A stretch of DNA of 62,860 bases, counting the filler, from Octopus bimaculoides (lineage: Eukaryota): NCBI RefSeq assembly GCF_001194135.2. It is 2 parts of 2 records of this genome, joined end to end, with 100 filler letters (N's around TTAATTAATTAA, not from the genome) between each part and the next. Parts side by side here need not be neighbours in the genome. Positions count along the whole stretch, not along the records: positions 1 to 31,185 come from NC_068991.1; positions 31,286 to 62,860 come from NC_068981.1. One strand, 5' to 3'. The notes under the pieces are model-generated. The model worked only from the letters and a program-made list of their open reading frames with translations, was not told where the DNA came from and did not search any database. The position numbers were made by a program, and so were the translations under genes. Below are positions 25,640 to 37,127 of this stretch, piece by piece. The first letter of the stretch is position 1, and every line of letters begins with the position of its first letter.

Positions 25640-25875
25640 TTTGTTCCTTCTGGAGCTGTGCCAGTCCATCTCAGGTGAGCTGCCAGATGCAGGAGGAGAG
25701 AATGAGAGAAAGTTGTGGCAAAAGAGTCAGCAGAAGTTCGCCATTATCTTTTGCTGGAGCTGCATGGAGCTTAGGTATTTCACTCATAACCACACACATC
25801 GCCTGGTCTGAGATTCGAACCAGTGATCCCCTGACCACAAGTCCGCTGCTCTGACCACTAGGTCATGTGCCTCCT
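25640..25875 (-). mobile_element. tRNA-derived SINE, internally deleted
   Basis: Antisense tRNA head (gagattcgaacc; ctctgaccactaggtca) related to the 23949 head. Confidence 0.7.
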
Positions 25876-26184
25876 CACACATACCAATACTGTCAGCCAA
25901 ATAGGCATGTAATTACAACCACTTTCTGTACTAACATACAATTTTAATCTCATCTTCTCTACCACAACTGCAATTTCCCACCATCACCCATAAATTTACT
26001 AAATCTTCATAGCTAGCGCACTTGCTGCATTGATCTTGTGACTGTTTCCATAGTGATGATAAACAATACATTGGTAGCAGCAGTAATTGTAGTAGTGAGA
26101 TTTGTATTAGTAACAGCAGTGGTGATGCGGAGGTAGTAGTTGCAGTGTTGGTAAGGATTGGTTGGGGGTGGGGAGAGCACGACT

Positions 26185-26368
26185 AGATAATCTTTTCTAC
26201 TCTAGGCACAAGGCCCGAAATTTTGGGGGAGGGGGGCCAGTCGATTAGATCAACCCCAGTATGCAGCAGGTACTTAATTTATTGACCCCGAAAGGATGAA
26301 AGGCAAAGTTGACCTTGGCAGAATTTGAACTCAGAACGTAAAGACAGACAAAATACCGCTAAGCATCT
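26185..26368 (-). mobile_element. tRNA-derived SINE (aaggcggcgagctgg family)
   Basis: Antisense gaaaggatgaaaggcaaagttgacc...gaatttgaactcagaacg. Confidence 0.85.
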
Positions 26369-26585
26369 CACCAGGACCATGCAACCCCTTCTGTGTTGGT
26401 GTCATGAGAAAATGCACCCAGTATATTCTGTAAAGTGGCTAGTGATAAGAAGGGCATCCAGGTGTAGAAACCATGCCGAATGATACAATGCAAGCCGTAG
26501 TCTTTTCGGAAGTAGTAGCTTCCAATAAGAAAAAAGAAGTGGATTGTGATGGGCATGGAAAATGAGAGTATGGAAATGAATGTAA

Positions 26586-26686
26586 AATGATGATGATGAT
26601 GACGATGATGATGATGATGATGATGACAATGACAATGATGGAGATGATGATGACAATGATGTGATGATAATGACAATGACAAAGAC

Positions 26687-26720
<34 letters not shown>
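26586..26720. repeat. (GAT/GAC)n microsatellite, an expanded SINE tail
   Basis: Follows a decayed GAT-tailed SINE at about 26375-26585. Confidence 0.9.
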
Positions 26721-27043
26721 GCATCAGAGGTTTCTGTTTGAAGTAGTAAATGGTTCATTGATCATTACTGAGAAGGGCTCTAATTTTGTTGTTGTATGGC
26801 CAGTCATGCTCTTGTGTGCCATAAATGCTAAACTCAGCTGCAGTTTTGCAGTTTTGTGCAAATAGCATGGCTTTTACTTCAAACGAAGCATCACATTAAC
26901 AATGTTTCCCTTTTGAAGTGGTAGTCATGGTTGATTTGGCTTGGTCTTCTTTTCTTCTCTTTTCATTTGTTTTACTCTGCAATAAAATTAGCAGAATCAT
27001 AAAGACAAATGAACATCTAAAAAAAATTATTAATTTCATAAAC

Positions 27044-27312
27044 AGGCGCAGGAGTGGCTGTGTGGTAAGTAGTTTGCTTACCAACCACATGGTTCCGGGT
27101 TAGTCCCACTGCATGGCACCTTGGGCAAGTGTCTTCTACTATAGATGCTGGTGTGTTTACATACCCATAACTTAGCGGTTTGGCAAAAGAGACCGATAGA
27201 ATAAGTACTAGGCTTACAAAGAATAAGTCCTGGGATTGATTTGCTTGACTAAAGGTGGTGCTCCAGCATGGGAACAGTCCAATGACTGAAACAAGTAAAA
27301 GAATAAAAAAGA
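27044..27312 (+). mobile_element. tRNA-derived SINE with central deletion
   Basis: Head joined directly to the 3' half (ctactatag|atgctggtgtg), lacking the microsatellite core present at 25172. Confidence 0.88.
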
Positions 27313-27491
27313 GAGAAAGTAAAAGAGATTTCAATATGCACTACAGTTTGTTTAACATAACATATAGTGTTTAACGTATTCATGAATCAAAATAAATAGC
27401 ATCATGCTAGTATGGCATTTCATGAATTACTACTGGTTGCTGAATGTACCATGCTTTTGCTAATTGATGCTTGTTGTATGTGCATATGTAG

Positions 27492-27534
27492 TTGCGAGCA
27501 GACATGGACACAGTCTAGATCCCATCAACTTTGA
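27492..27534 (+). CDS. Candidate short exon
   Basis: atatgtAG acceptor and GA|GTTAGT donor; xASRHGHSLDPINF, phase-compatible with 21449-21566. Confidence 0.18.
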
Positions 27535-28515
27535 GTTAGTGGATCATCGAGCATGTAATGACTGAATGAGGAAATGAGATATACCAGTGTTAATATAAGT
27601 AAAAATTTGAGTTTAAATTCTGATGAGTTTGAGTCGGTTTTTCATCCCTTCAATGCCAATAAAATAAGTACCAGTCGAATACTGGGATCAATGTTAATCA
27701 CTTACCCCTCCCCTAAATTTGCTGGTTCTATGCCAAAATTTGAAACCAATATGAGTAGAAGAAACTTCAAAGTACACTAAACAACTGCTGCATCTGTAAC
27801 CATATAAGAACGCTTAAGACTTTATTAGAGATACCGAGGCTAAAATTAGTCCAGACAAACATTTAAAGTATCCTTAAGCATGCAGTCATGTGTTCAGTTC
27901 CAATGTGTAGTACCTGAGGCAAGTTTCATTTAATATAGCCTTAAGCTGACCAAAGTGGATTTGGTGGAAGGAAACTGAGAGATACTCATTGCATATATAN
28001 NNNNNNNNNNNNNNNNNNNNNNNNNNNNNNNNNNNNNNNNNNNNNNNNNNNNNNNNNNNNNNNNNNNNNNNNNNNNNNNNNNNNNNNNNNNNNNNNNNNN
28101 NNNNNNNNNNNNNNNNNNNNNNNNNNNNNNNNNNNNNNNNNNNNNNNNNNNNNNNNNNNNNNNNNNNNNNNNNNNNNNNNNNNNNNNNNNNNNNNNNNNN
28201 NNNNNNNNNNNNNNNNNNNNNNNNNNNNNNNNNNNNNNNNNNNNNNNNNNNNNNNNNNNNNNNNNNNNNNNNNNNNNNNNNNNNNNNNNNNNNNNNNNNN
28301 NNNNNNNNNNNNNNNNNNNNNNNNNNNNNNNNNNNNNNNNNNNNNNNNNNNNNNNNNNNNNNNNNNNNNNNNNNNNNNNNNNNNNNNNNNNNNNNNNNNN
28401 NNNNNNNNNNNNNNNNNNNNNNNNNNNNNNNNNNNNNNNNNNNNNNNNNNNNNNNNNNNNNNNNNNNNNNNNNNNNNNNNNNNNNNNNNNNNNNNNNNNN
28501 NNNNNNNNNNNNNNN

Positions 28516-28559
<44 letters not shown>

Positions 28560-28760
28560 GTGTATGTATGTATACGTGTGTGGGGGTGGTTGTATATATG
28601 CACATATGTATGTGTGTATATATATATATGTATATATTTATGTGTGTATGTGTGTATATATCTGTGTATATATTCATACATACATACATATTGATGGTTG
28701 CTTTTGCTATAATAAAACTATTTTACATTTAATTGAAGGATTTCTCAATATATTTGGTAG

Positions 28761-28838
28761 AATTCCACTCTATCATTCTTTAACAAGAATAGTTCTGACA
28801 GTGACTCCGAAGTTTCAGCTACTCGAGCCATCATATGA
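28761..28838 (+). CDS. Candidate terminal exon
   Basis: Acceptors at 28760 or 28787; frame NSTLSFFNKNSSDSDSEVSATRAII* with an S/D/E-rich segment. An alternative frame is also open. Confidence 0.2.
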   Translation, partial: NSTLSFFNKNSSDSDSEVSATRAII

Positions 28839-29235
28839 TGCATGCATATACATATATATATATATGTATATAAATGCATATGTATGAGTGTATGTGTTTG
28901 TGTTTGCGTGTAACCTTGATTTGACTTCATGTGATGGTTGTAAACAAACATCACCATCATACAAGCAACATTGTTCATTTGTAGTCTTCCATGAATTTAA
29001 ACATGCCTGGCATTATGGGAACACAACATTGCTTGGGAACCGGTGATGGTTGGCCTCAGGAAGAGCATCCAGCAGTAGGTAATCTACCTGTCACAATAAA
29101 TTCCCTCTAATCTATGTGAGCAAGGAAAAGTGGATGCTAAATGAAATTGTGGTGATGATAATGGTGACACCATTGCTAATACCGGACTAGGCAAAGGTGG
29201 CATGCTGGTAGAATTGTTTGAATTCAGAAACTGCT

Positions 29236-29722
29236 GGCAGAAACTGCTGGCAGAAACGTTAGCACGCTGGGCAAAATGCTTAGCCATATTTTATCCGTCT
29301 TTACGTTCTGAGTTCAAATTCCACCGAGGTCGACTTTGCCTTTCATCATTTCGGGGTCAATAAATTAAGTACCANNNNNNNNNNTTCAAATTCCACCGAG
29401 GTCGACTTTGCCTTTCATCATTTCGGGGTCAATAAATTAAGTACCAGTTACACGCTGGGGTCGATGTAATCGACTTAATCCCTTTGTCTGTCCTTGTTTG
29501 TCCCCTCCATGTTTAGCCCCTTGTGGGCAATAAAGAAATAAGAATTGTTAGTATGCTGGACAAAATGATTAGTGACATTTTTTCTGATTTTATGCTCCAA
29601 GTTCAAATTCCACCAGGGTCTACTTTGCCTTTCATCTTTTCAGGGTCAGTAAAATAAATATCGATGTAATTGACTTAATCCCTATCCTGAAATTGCTGGT
29701 CTTATACCAAAATTTGAAACTA
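29236..29722 (+). mobile_element. Two tandem SINEs of the aaggcggcgagctgg family
   Basis: First copy about 29236-29535 (with an artefactual duplication across a 10-N gap), second decayed copy about 29536-29722. Confidence 0.85.
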
Positions 29723-30409
29723 ATATTAGTCAAGCCAAGAATTAAAAAATAGCCCCTAAGCATACATACCAAAACAACTGCTGCATCAGGAACCATATAA
29801 AGCCCCATAAAATGTATATTGAGGTATCAACATAAACATTAGTGTAAGCATTAAATAAACCCTCTGAAAATCAATAGCTGCTTCATCATTAACTTCATTA
29901 GACCCCATCCCTTAAATATTATACAGAGATGCAACATTGTAAACTGTAAGGACAGAAGACCAATGACCATAATGTGCCAATTGATCCACCTACCCTTCTG
30001 CTTTTACTGTCAGCATTATCAGAACTTACCAGCGAGCATAAACAGGGAAGTTTCTATGAGATCAGCTATAGGGTGTGGCCAGATCCCCCTCAAATCACAC
30101 CATTTTGCCTTAGAAAATGTCAAATTTGAAAATATAGATTCTCTGTACATAGCAGAATAAACCCCCAAAAATAGCAAAAATAGCTGTGGCTGGTATGTTA
30201 TCAACATGATTCCTCAATTTCTCTTTCATTCTGAGATTGATTTTCTCGAATTCACATGTAGAACTCGCAATCCAGTATGTTAGAGATGTCTTCAATTGAT
30301 GGTAATGAAATGATGTTGATTAAAGTATAAAATATTGATGAACCTCCATTTCAAAAACGCAGAATGCGGAAGACAATGAAGACCCAATTATAACCAAATC
30401 AATCTTCTT

Positions 30410-31070
30410 CAACAAATAAGTGATTCTTGGATCTCAGCATATGAAGTTTACAGCCCAACAAGTTATCTCCAACATAACTCACAACCTGTAATCAACCTAC
30501 TACAAGATCTACCCAACAAAATGCTGAGATAACCATGAACAAAACTCAGTCAAACAGATTTCCTGCTTTCTGCACCTTGGTCCCATTTTATTTTCAGATA
30601 TGACCATCAACAATGAGATTGACAGTAGGATACATGCTGCTTATGCTATTTATGTAAAGCTTTATCAAAGAGTCTTCAAGAACTATGGACTTAAAACTAT
30701 CACCAAGCTGTCCATGATCAAGCAATAGTTATTATTGGTATACTTCTTTAGGCAGGAGAAACATAGATTTATCAACATGTCACCAAATAGTTTAAATGGT
30801 TCCAACAAGTAAGACTTTGCTTACTTTTAGATATTAAACTGGAAGCAAAAGAAGTCCCACATCTTTGTCCTTGAACAAATAGAAATGACAAGTATCGAAA
30901 TGATGACAATTGGCCAAGTGATATGCTGTATTAGCCATGCTCAAAGGATGGACAATGAATAAATTCCAAAGATTGTCTTTTAATCTGTATTGGTGAAAAT
31001 GTTAAATGGTATCATAGAAGATCACAACTGAGGTTTAAAGATATCTTGAGTTGAAACCTCAAAGCGTCTA
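30410..31070 (+). mobile_element. Decayed RTE (BovB-like) LINE 3' ORF fragment
   Basis: Frame from 30573 reads HLGPILFSDMTINNEIDSRIHAAYAIYVKLYQRVFKNYGLKTITKLSM (cf. YLGSxLS...IDxEIDxRIAKASxAFGRL...STKL); later HAQRMDNE*IPKIVF. Confidence 0.8.
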
Positions 31071-31132
31071 TTAGGAGTAACATGTATATGAAACTTTAAA
31101 TCATATGGACCCAGTTCAAATTGTTTTAAATA

Positions 31133-31185
<53 letters not shown>

Positions 31186-31285
31186 NNNNNNNNNNNNNNN
31201 NNNNNNNNNNNNNNNNNNNNNNNNNNNNNTTAATTAATTAANNNNNNNNNNNNNNNNNNNNNNNNNNNNNNNNNNNNNNNNNNNN

Positions 31286-32406
31286 ATAGTTGAAATTTAC
31301 AGAAAAAAACAGAGGACGGAGACAGGTGTATGAACAAGAAGCAGGTGTATTAGTTTAACGCTCGGGAAAGTGAAAATCTTTTAAGTTTCGAGCCTACGCT
31401 CTTCAACAGAAAGAGGAATAAGAGAAAATTAACAGAGAGAAAATTAAAGAATAAAAAAACTTGTGGATTTAGTGATCCAGCATGGCGACTGGTTGGGAAA
31501 AAAAGGTTTGAGAGGAGACGTTGAAAGAAGGGGAGATGATAAAGTGTTGGGTAGGAGTGAAGAGTGGAAGTAGGTGTCATAAAAAGAAAGGAAAGGAGGG
31601 GAGCCACCTGAATAGAGGAAGGGAGTTGAGCATGTGTGGCGCAAAGGAGCGAACAGAGAGAAGATTAATTTCTGTTCACGGCGAAGGCGGGAGTCCGGGT
31701 GGCCCCTGTGCGAAGACAGTCCGAACACAGAAAGGTGTTGTAGTGAATGACTGGTAAAGCGGAAATAGCGCGAGTCCGGGGTGTCATTGCCAATCTGATG
31801 TCTTGGAGGTGCTCCGCATACCGGTCAGCCAAGCAGTGTCCCGTTTGATCGATGTACAAAGAAAGAGCAGGTGATGCAATAAATGACGTTGCTAGAAGTG
31901 CCGGTAAAGGAGTCGGTGACATGACAGGAAGGAGATGGGTGCCTGTGAAGATGGTGGTGTTCGAGAGTGCCTCAGCGTGAGCGGGAGCAGGGAAATGAGC
32001 CAGGCTGGGAGGCGGAGTTAGGGAAGAAACTGTAGACCAGGTGGTCTCGCAAGTTATGGGATCGTTTGAAGGCGGGTAGGTTGAGGAAGATGTGCGAGGT
32101 GGAGGGGTCGGACAGGAGTCGCCGGAAGGCTCGGAAAATGGTATGTTGGAGGGGTAGAGTGGAAGGTGTTTGGTGAGGGCAACTGTGGAGTGGGTGCGGG
32201 GTAGAAGAGCAGTGGCATGGTCCCCGGAACGTGCTCTGGCAAGGGCTGTGTGGATAGTGGTGAGTGGATATCCACGAAGGGTAAAGTGGCGAGTCTCAAA
32301 GTCATGGGTGTCACTTCAGAGCCTCCGCAGACGGAGGAATTGGGAGTAGGGAATTGAGAGCTTGGTGTGGGTAGGATGAGAGGAGGAGAAGTTGAGGTAT
32401 GAATGT
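31286..32406 (-). mobile_element. Penelope-like element 3' part (GIY-YIG endonuclease plus pLTR)
   Basis: Frameshifted TSSNVIYCITCS...LYIDQTGHCLADRYAEHLQDIR and FGLSSHRGHPDSRLRREQKLIFSL, followed by a pLTR with a hammerhead-like motif. The 5' part is lost in a gap. Confidence 0.88.
31377..31414 (-). ncRNA. Minimal type I hammerhead-ribozyme-like motif
   Basis: UCUUU-CUGUUGA-A-GAGC(GUAG)GCUC-GAAAC-UUA-AAAGA: stems I and II pair perfectly; core has U at position 6. Confidence 0.7.
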
Positions 32407-32750
32407 NNNNNNNNNNNNNNNNNNNNNNNNNNNNNNNNNNNNNNNNNNNNNNNNNNNNNNNNNNNNNNNNNNNNNNNNNNNNNNNNNNNNNNNNNNNNNN
32501 NNNNNNNNNNNNNNNNNNNNNNNNNNNNNNNNNNNNNNNNNNNNNNNNNNNNNNNNNNNNNNNNNNNNNNNNNNNNNNNNNNNNNNNNNNNNNNNNNNNN
32601 NNNNNNNNNNNNNNNNNNNNNNNNNNNNNNNNNNNNNNNNNNNNNNNNNNNNNNNNNNNNNNNNNNNNNNNNNNNNNNNNNNNNNNNNNNNNNNNNNNNN
32701 NNNNNNNNNNNTATACATATATGTGTGTGTGTGTGTGTTAGTATGTAAGT

Positions 32751-33900
32751 CATAAACCGCACCATAAGCCCAACGAAAATCTTTCCTTCATACATAAACA
32801 GTCTTTCCAAACCACTATAGTGTTTAAAACTCTGTTAGCGAACATTAACAATAGGATGTCTATCTTCTCTTTTTCCAGAGATATTTTTGATAAGGCTGCC
32901 CCGTACCATAATAACGCCGTTGTTAAAAGTGACTTCAAAAATAAGTTACATTCTACTAACCCTTCTAATTATAATAGTTATTATAAAGATAGATCTAAAA
33001 ATAAACCTAGGAAAGTAATTTGCCCCTTCCCCCCACGTCTCCCTAAATATTAAAATTAACGTAGGTAAATGATTCCTCTCTCTCCGAAATAAGCATCTCC
33101 CAGAAAATCTTAAATACACAAAAATCTTCAACAGATGCTCACTTAAATTATAATACAGTGGCTGCCCCAGTATGAAGTGTATCATTACCCGCGCTCACCT
33201 CCAAGATTCTACTTCCAGTTGTAACTATCCCTACCCTGGAGCTTGTCCACTGGACCAGGGATGCATGATTAACTCCGTCATACACGAAGCAAAAGTTACA
33301 TTAACGATACATGATAACTAAATCGAAAAGAAGAATAACACCGGGTTGTGCGTTGGCAACTTCAAAATTCGCAATGGTAACTACCAATCTTTTTTCTAGC
33401 ACATGTACTAAAGTAAAGCCACTAAGAAGACCAACACATCACCACTTACAATTAAGTGGAAAATCATAGAAATATCCATGCCATATGTTAATGAAAAAAA
33501 TGCAAGTTATGCATAGCTGAAAGACCGCACATCCAATTTAGATCGATAAATTCCACCGCACTGCTTAATTCCAGATCAGAAATTTTCAGTAAATGTAAAC
33601 ATGTAGACAAGTTTCTTCTTGCGAACTGGAGGACATCACCCTCACCGAAGTGAGCAGCTGTATCGCAGACTTTAGACCTCTCCCGTTGATTGTACACCAT
33701 CTAGCTTTACGACTCTAATTTTTCTTCTGTCTTTCCTTTGTGTTTTTTTAAACTTTTTCCACTTTTACCACTCTTCGTCTCGTTTTTTTTTCTCGTGATT
33801 TCTTTTGTTCTATTGTCCTGATTTGTAGCTTGTATAGGCCAAGTGCTCAGAGCCTAAATATTATTTGGAGACACTCAGTGAGTTTTAAAACCCGCTTAGA
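32751..33900 (+). mobile_element. Penelope-like element (Naiad-like), 5'-truncated and decayed
   Basis: KPHHKPNENLSFIHKQS...IFDKAAPYHNNA...KIFNRCSLKL...CPLDQGCMINSVIHEAKV...CKLCIAE...LLNSRSEIFSKCKH; ORF ends at TGA 33651-33653. Clade assignment is from memory of the motifs. Confidence 0.85.
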
Positions 33901-34191
33901 TAAAATTTGCAGTGTATGAANNNNNNNNNNNNNNNNNNNNNNNNNNNNNNNNNNNNNNNNNNNNNNNNNNNNNNNNNNNNNNNNNNNNNNNNNNNNNNNN
34001 NNNNNNNNNNNNNNNNNNNNNNNNNNNNNNNNNNNNNNNNNNNNNNNNNNNNNNNNNNNNNNNNNNNNNNNNNNNNNNNNNNNNNNNNNNNNNNNNNNNN
34101 NNNNNNNNNNNNNNNNNNNNNNNNNNNNNNNNNNNNNNNNNNNNNNNNNNNNNNNNNNNNNNNNNNNNNNNNNNNNNNNNNNNNNNNNNNN

Positions 34192-34225
<34 letters not shown>

Positions 34226-34244
34226 TGAGTATATGTATATGTCA

Positions 34245-34400
34245 AGAGCGCATACCTAAGTGGATAGGGTGATGCATTCATGATCGCGAGATCACAGATT
34301 CAATTCCTGGGCTAGTTGGTGCGTTGCGTCCTTGGACAAAACACTTCATAACACGTTACTCTGCGATCACTTCGGGTACCTGACGTGTTGTACTCCGTGT
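34245..34400 (+). mobile_element. Decayed tRNA-derived SINE head
   Basis: A-box-like tacctaagtggatagg and B-box-like agattcaattcc. Confidence 0.55.
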
Positions 34401-37127
34401 ACTTGATGAAACAACAGCAATTTGATGGTAGGAGGCAGCTAACATTTGATCACTAATATTTTATCATAATAAAGAAATCTCTGCATGTTTGACAAGAAAT
34501 TGCAAGAGTCGTCTTTCTCGGACTATGAGAGTCTAACATCATATATGTGTGTGTGTACAATTTTTAATATATTTATATATGTATGTGTGTGTGTAAAGCT
34601 ATGTAGATGTATATTTAATTCGTTGGTGTACATTCACATGTACAATGAGTGTCACAGCAATAACTGACTTGGAAGAGCAATTTTCCTCATACAGAATGTA
34701 TGTGAAATCACCATGCTAGGCTATAACTGACGTCATCCTACTGTAGGATAAGTGTTTCTGCGTCGTTGCGTGTGTTTTATATGCATGCATACACAGCCAC
34801 ACACTCACACTCTCACATACACGTCCACACCCACACACAAGTGCACAAACACACACGCCCATAATACCATATATTAAAATTCTTTCTACATTCTATCCTC
34901 TTCCCGGCATGTCATGCACACTGACAAAGAGAATAACAAGGACTAACAATCGAGTGCTATTGAATCATGGCAAAACCAAGCCCGGAAGTATTGTTATCGT
35001 TTCAGTTGTGAATTATATACAATGATGCATAACTGAAATGATAACAAAACTTCAATTCATGATGCTGTTGTTTCACCTTGCATGCTTTAAAGTCTTACGT
35101 TCATGGATTTCTACAAAATGTAGTGTCATTATGTATCGCATGAGCATTCCTTCTCATAATACCCCATTTATTACAATTTGTTCTTCTGAAGTTGTCATAC
35201 GCATATTTACACATTCAAAGTTAAAGTTTAACTAAACTTTCTCCAAAAGTTATTGTCTTACAGACTTTGAGGTAATATGGCGCACGTCACAAAGTTTGCA
35301 ATTCTGTCTCAACGTTAAGCTAAGTTATCGGTCGACACGCCTCTCACGCCTCCCACACCTTTACATTCCTCTAATTCGTAATTTACCCTACGAGAAATAG
35401 CAAGTAAATTGCTTTGAATCACACTATACTGTCTTAGAAATAGTTTCGTTGGATAATATGGACCTAAGTTCTTTGAACATAAGAAAATGCATGTCGGCCA
35501 CGGATGGAATGTCTTGAAGCAAATGCCTCTTTATCAGAGCTGGCACATGAGTTAAACAACGAGAAAAACGTCGATCGCTATCTGCTGTATCGAGGGAATA
35601 TATAGCACTACTTTTATATATACGTATACAGACACACACACATAGACATAAACACACATGTATATACACACATAAATAATATGTACACCCACACGCGCGC
35701 ACAGACACACATACACTGTTTATACTATAATCAAATGACACTGACAAAACTCTACTGTTAGAATAGTGTTATCGCATGTTTGTGTGTGCATGTACGTGTG
35801 TGTATGTGTGTGTGAGTCTGTGCGATTAATTCGTATACACATATGTCTACATATAGTTATATATAAATATATCTAATTCGATAATGTGCACTATATTTTA
35901 TAAGTAACGTGGAAATATTTTTGTTCATTCGATGCCAGCTTACCATACAATCCTGGGATAATAAATATGAAATTACAATATCTATACACATTTGTAGTCA
36001 ATAGCGAATAGTTTGCCGATGACAAATATCTCAAGTGCTTTATAAAGTTAGAAAATGTGGAGAGAAACATCTGCGAAATCAGGAGGAATTACAAGGAAAG
36101 AATTGATTCATAAGAAAGGAAAATATTTCTCATTCATGCACGAACTAGAAAAATACGATAAAGAAGCTACGATCTAGTACAGATATTATGGAGAAAATAT
36201 GCCATTTATTATAAGAGTTACAGAAAATACAATGAATATTGATAAATATACAGTGCTGCTCTGATTTGAAAGCAACGAGAAAAGGTTAATGCCGACTTCT
36301 GCTCGTCATATTCATAAACTTAGTTATATGTTTGTGTTGTCTTCATTTTAGAGAATATTATGAATTTATGTATTAGCAAATTTTTTCGGCATTTATTCGA
36401 CAATGACTCTTTTCAATCATCTAATAGAAATGAAGTCGCAGCTCTTAAATGTTAACTATCACATCGAGTCTGCGACTGAAACCACGCATGTTAGTTCACC
36501 GTTTAATTGAATGGAAAAAGACATGACGTTTCTAAGAGTAGACAATATATACTTCATAAATTCTGATAGCTGCTTCTCTCTAGTATCTGGCCGCAAAACA
36601 TTCAAGTGCTAATTCAAATATAGAATTCAAATTGTAAGTAGTAGCTGTGTCATCTCCTCGGAAAAATTGAATGTCTACCAGTATTCATCTGACTCTACAA
36701 ATAGAAAATAGTAGGTGAAGTAAAAGTTTGAATTCCTCAATTCTGCTTCGCTTCTAAACAATCACGTCGTTGTATAGTGAGATGGTAAAGGAAAATAGCA
36801 GACCTTCTGCCTAAATACTTATTTTCATCTCACTATTCTGAGTTCAAGTTTCTCAGGGGTTGACGTTACTTACATCTCTTGAAGATCGATGATATAAGAA
36901 TGGTTACCTATGTGTATTTAACTTGAGCCTGTGATGGAGCATTCGCTCATTCAGAAAGGGAATCAGTAGTCATCTTCTTCAAATCAGACCTCCCCGCCCA
37001 ATAGAAGAAACAAAACTCACAAAGATGCCTTGATTATCATCAAGAACTATGTCCTATACGTACATAAAACCAGATAATTATATTGGAATATCTAGTGCTG
37101 ATGGACAAATTTATGGAAAAGCAAATA

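Noticed and set aside
29313-29446. Exact 62-bp direct duplication (29313-29374 and 29385-29446)
   Set aside because: Identical copies flank a 10-N gap, so this is almost certainly overlapping contig ends.
31230-31241. Isolated palindrome TTAATTAATTAA between two N runs
   Set aside because: Twelve bases without context, resembling six-frame-stop spacers or a gap-filling remnant; no biological claim is possible.
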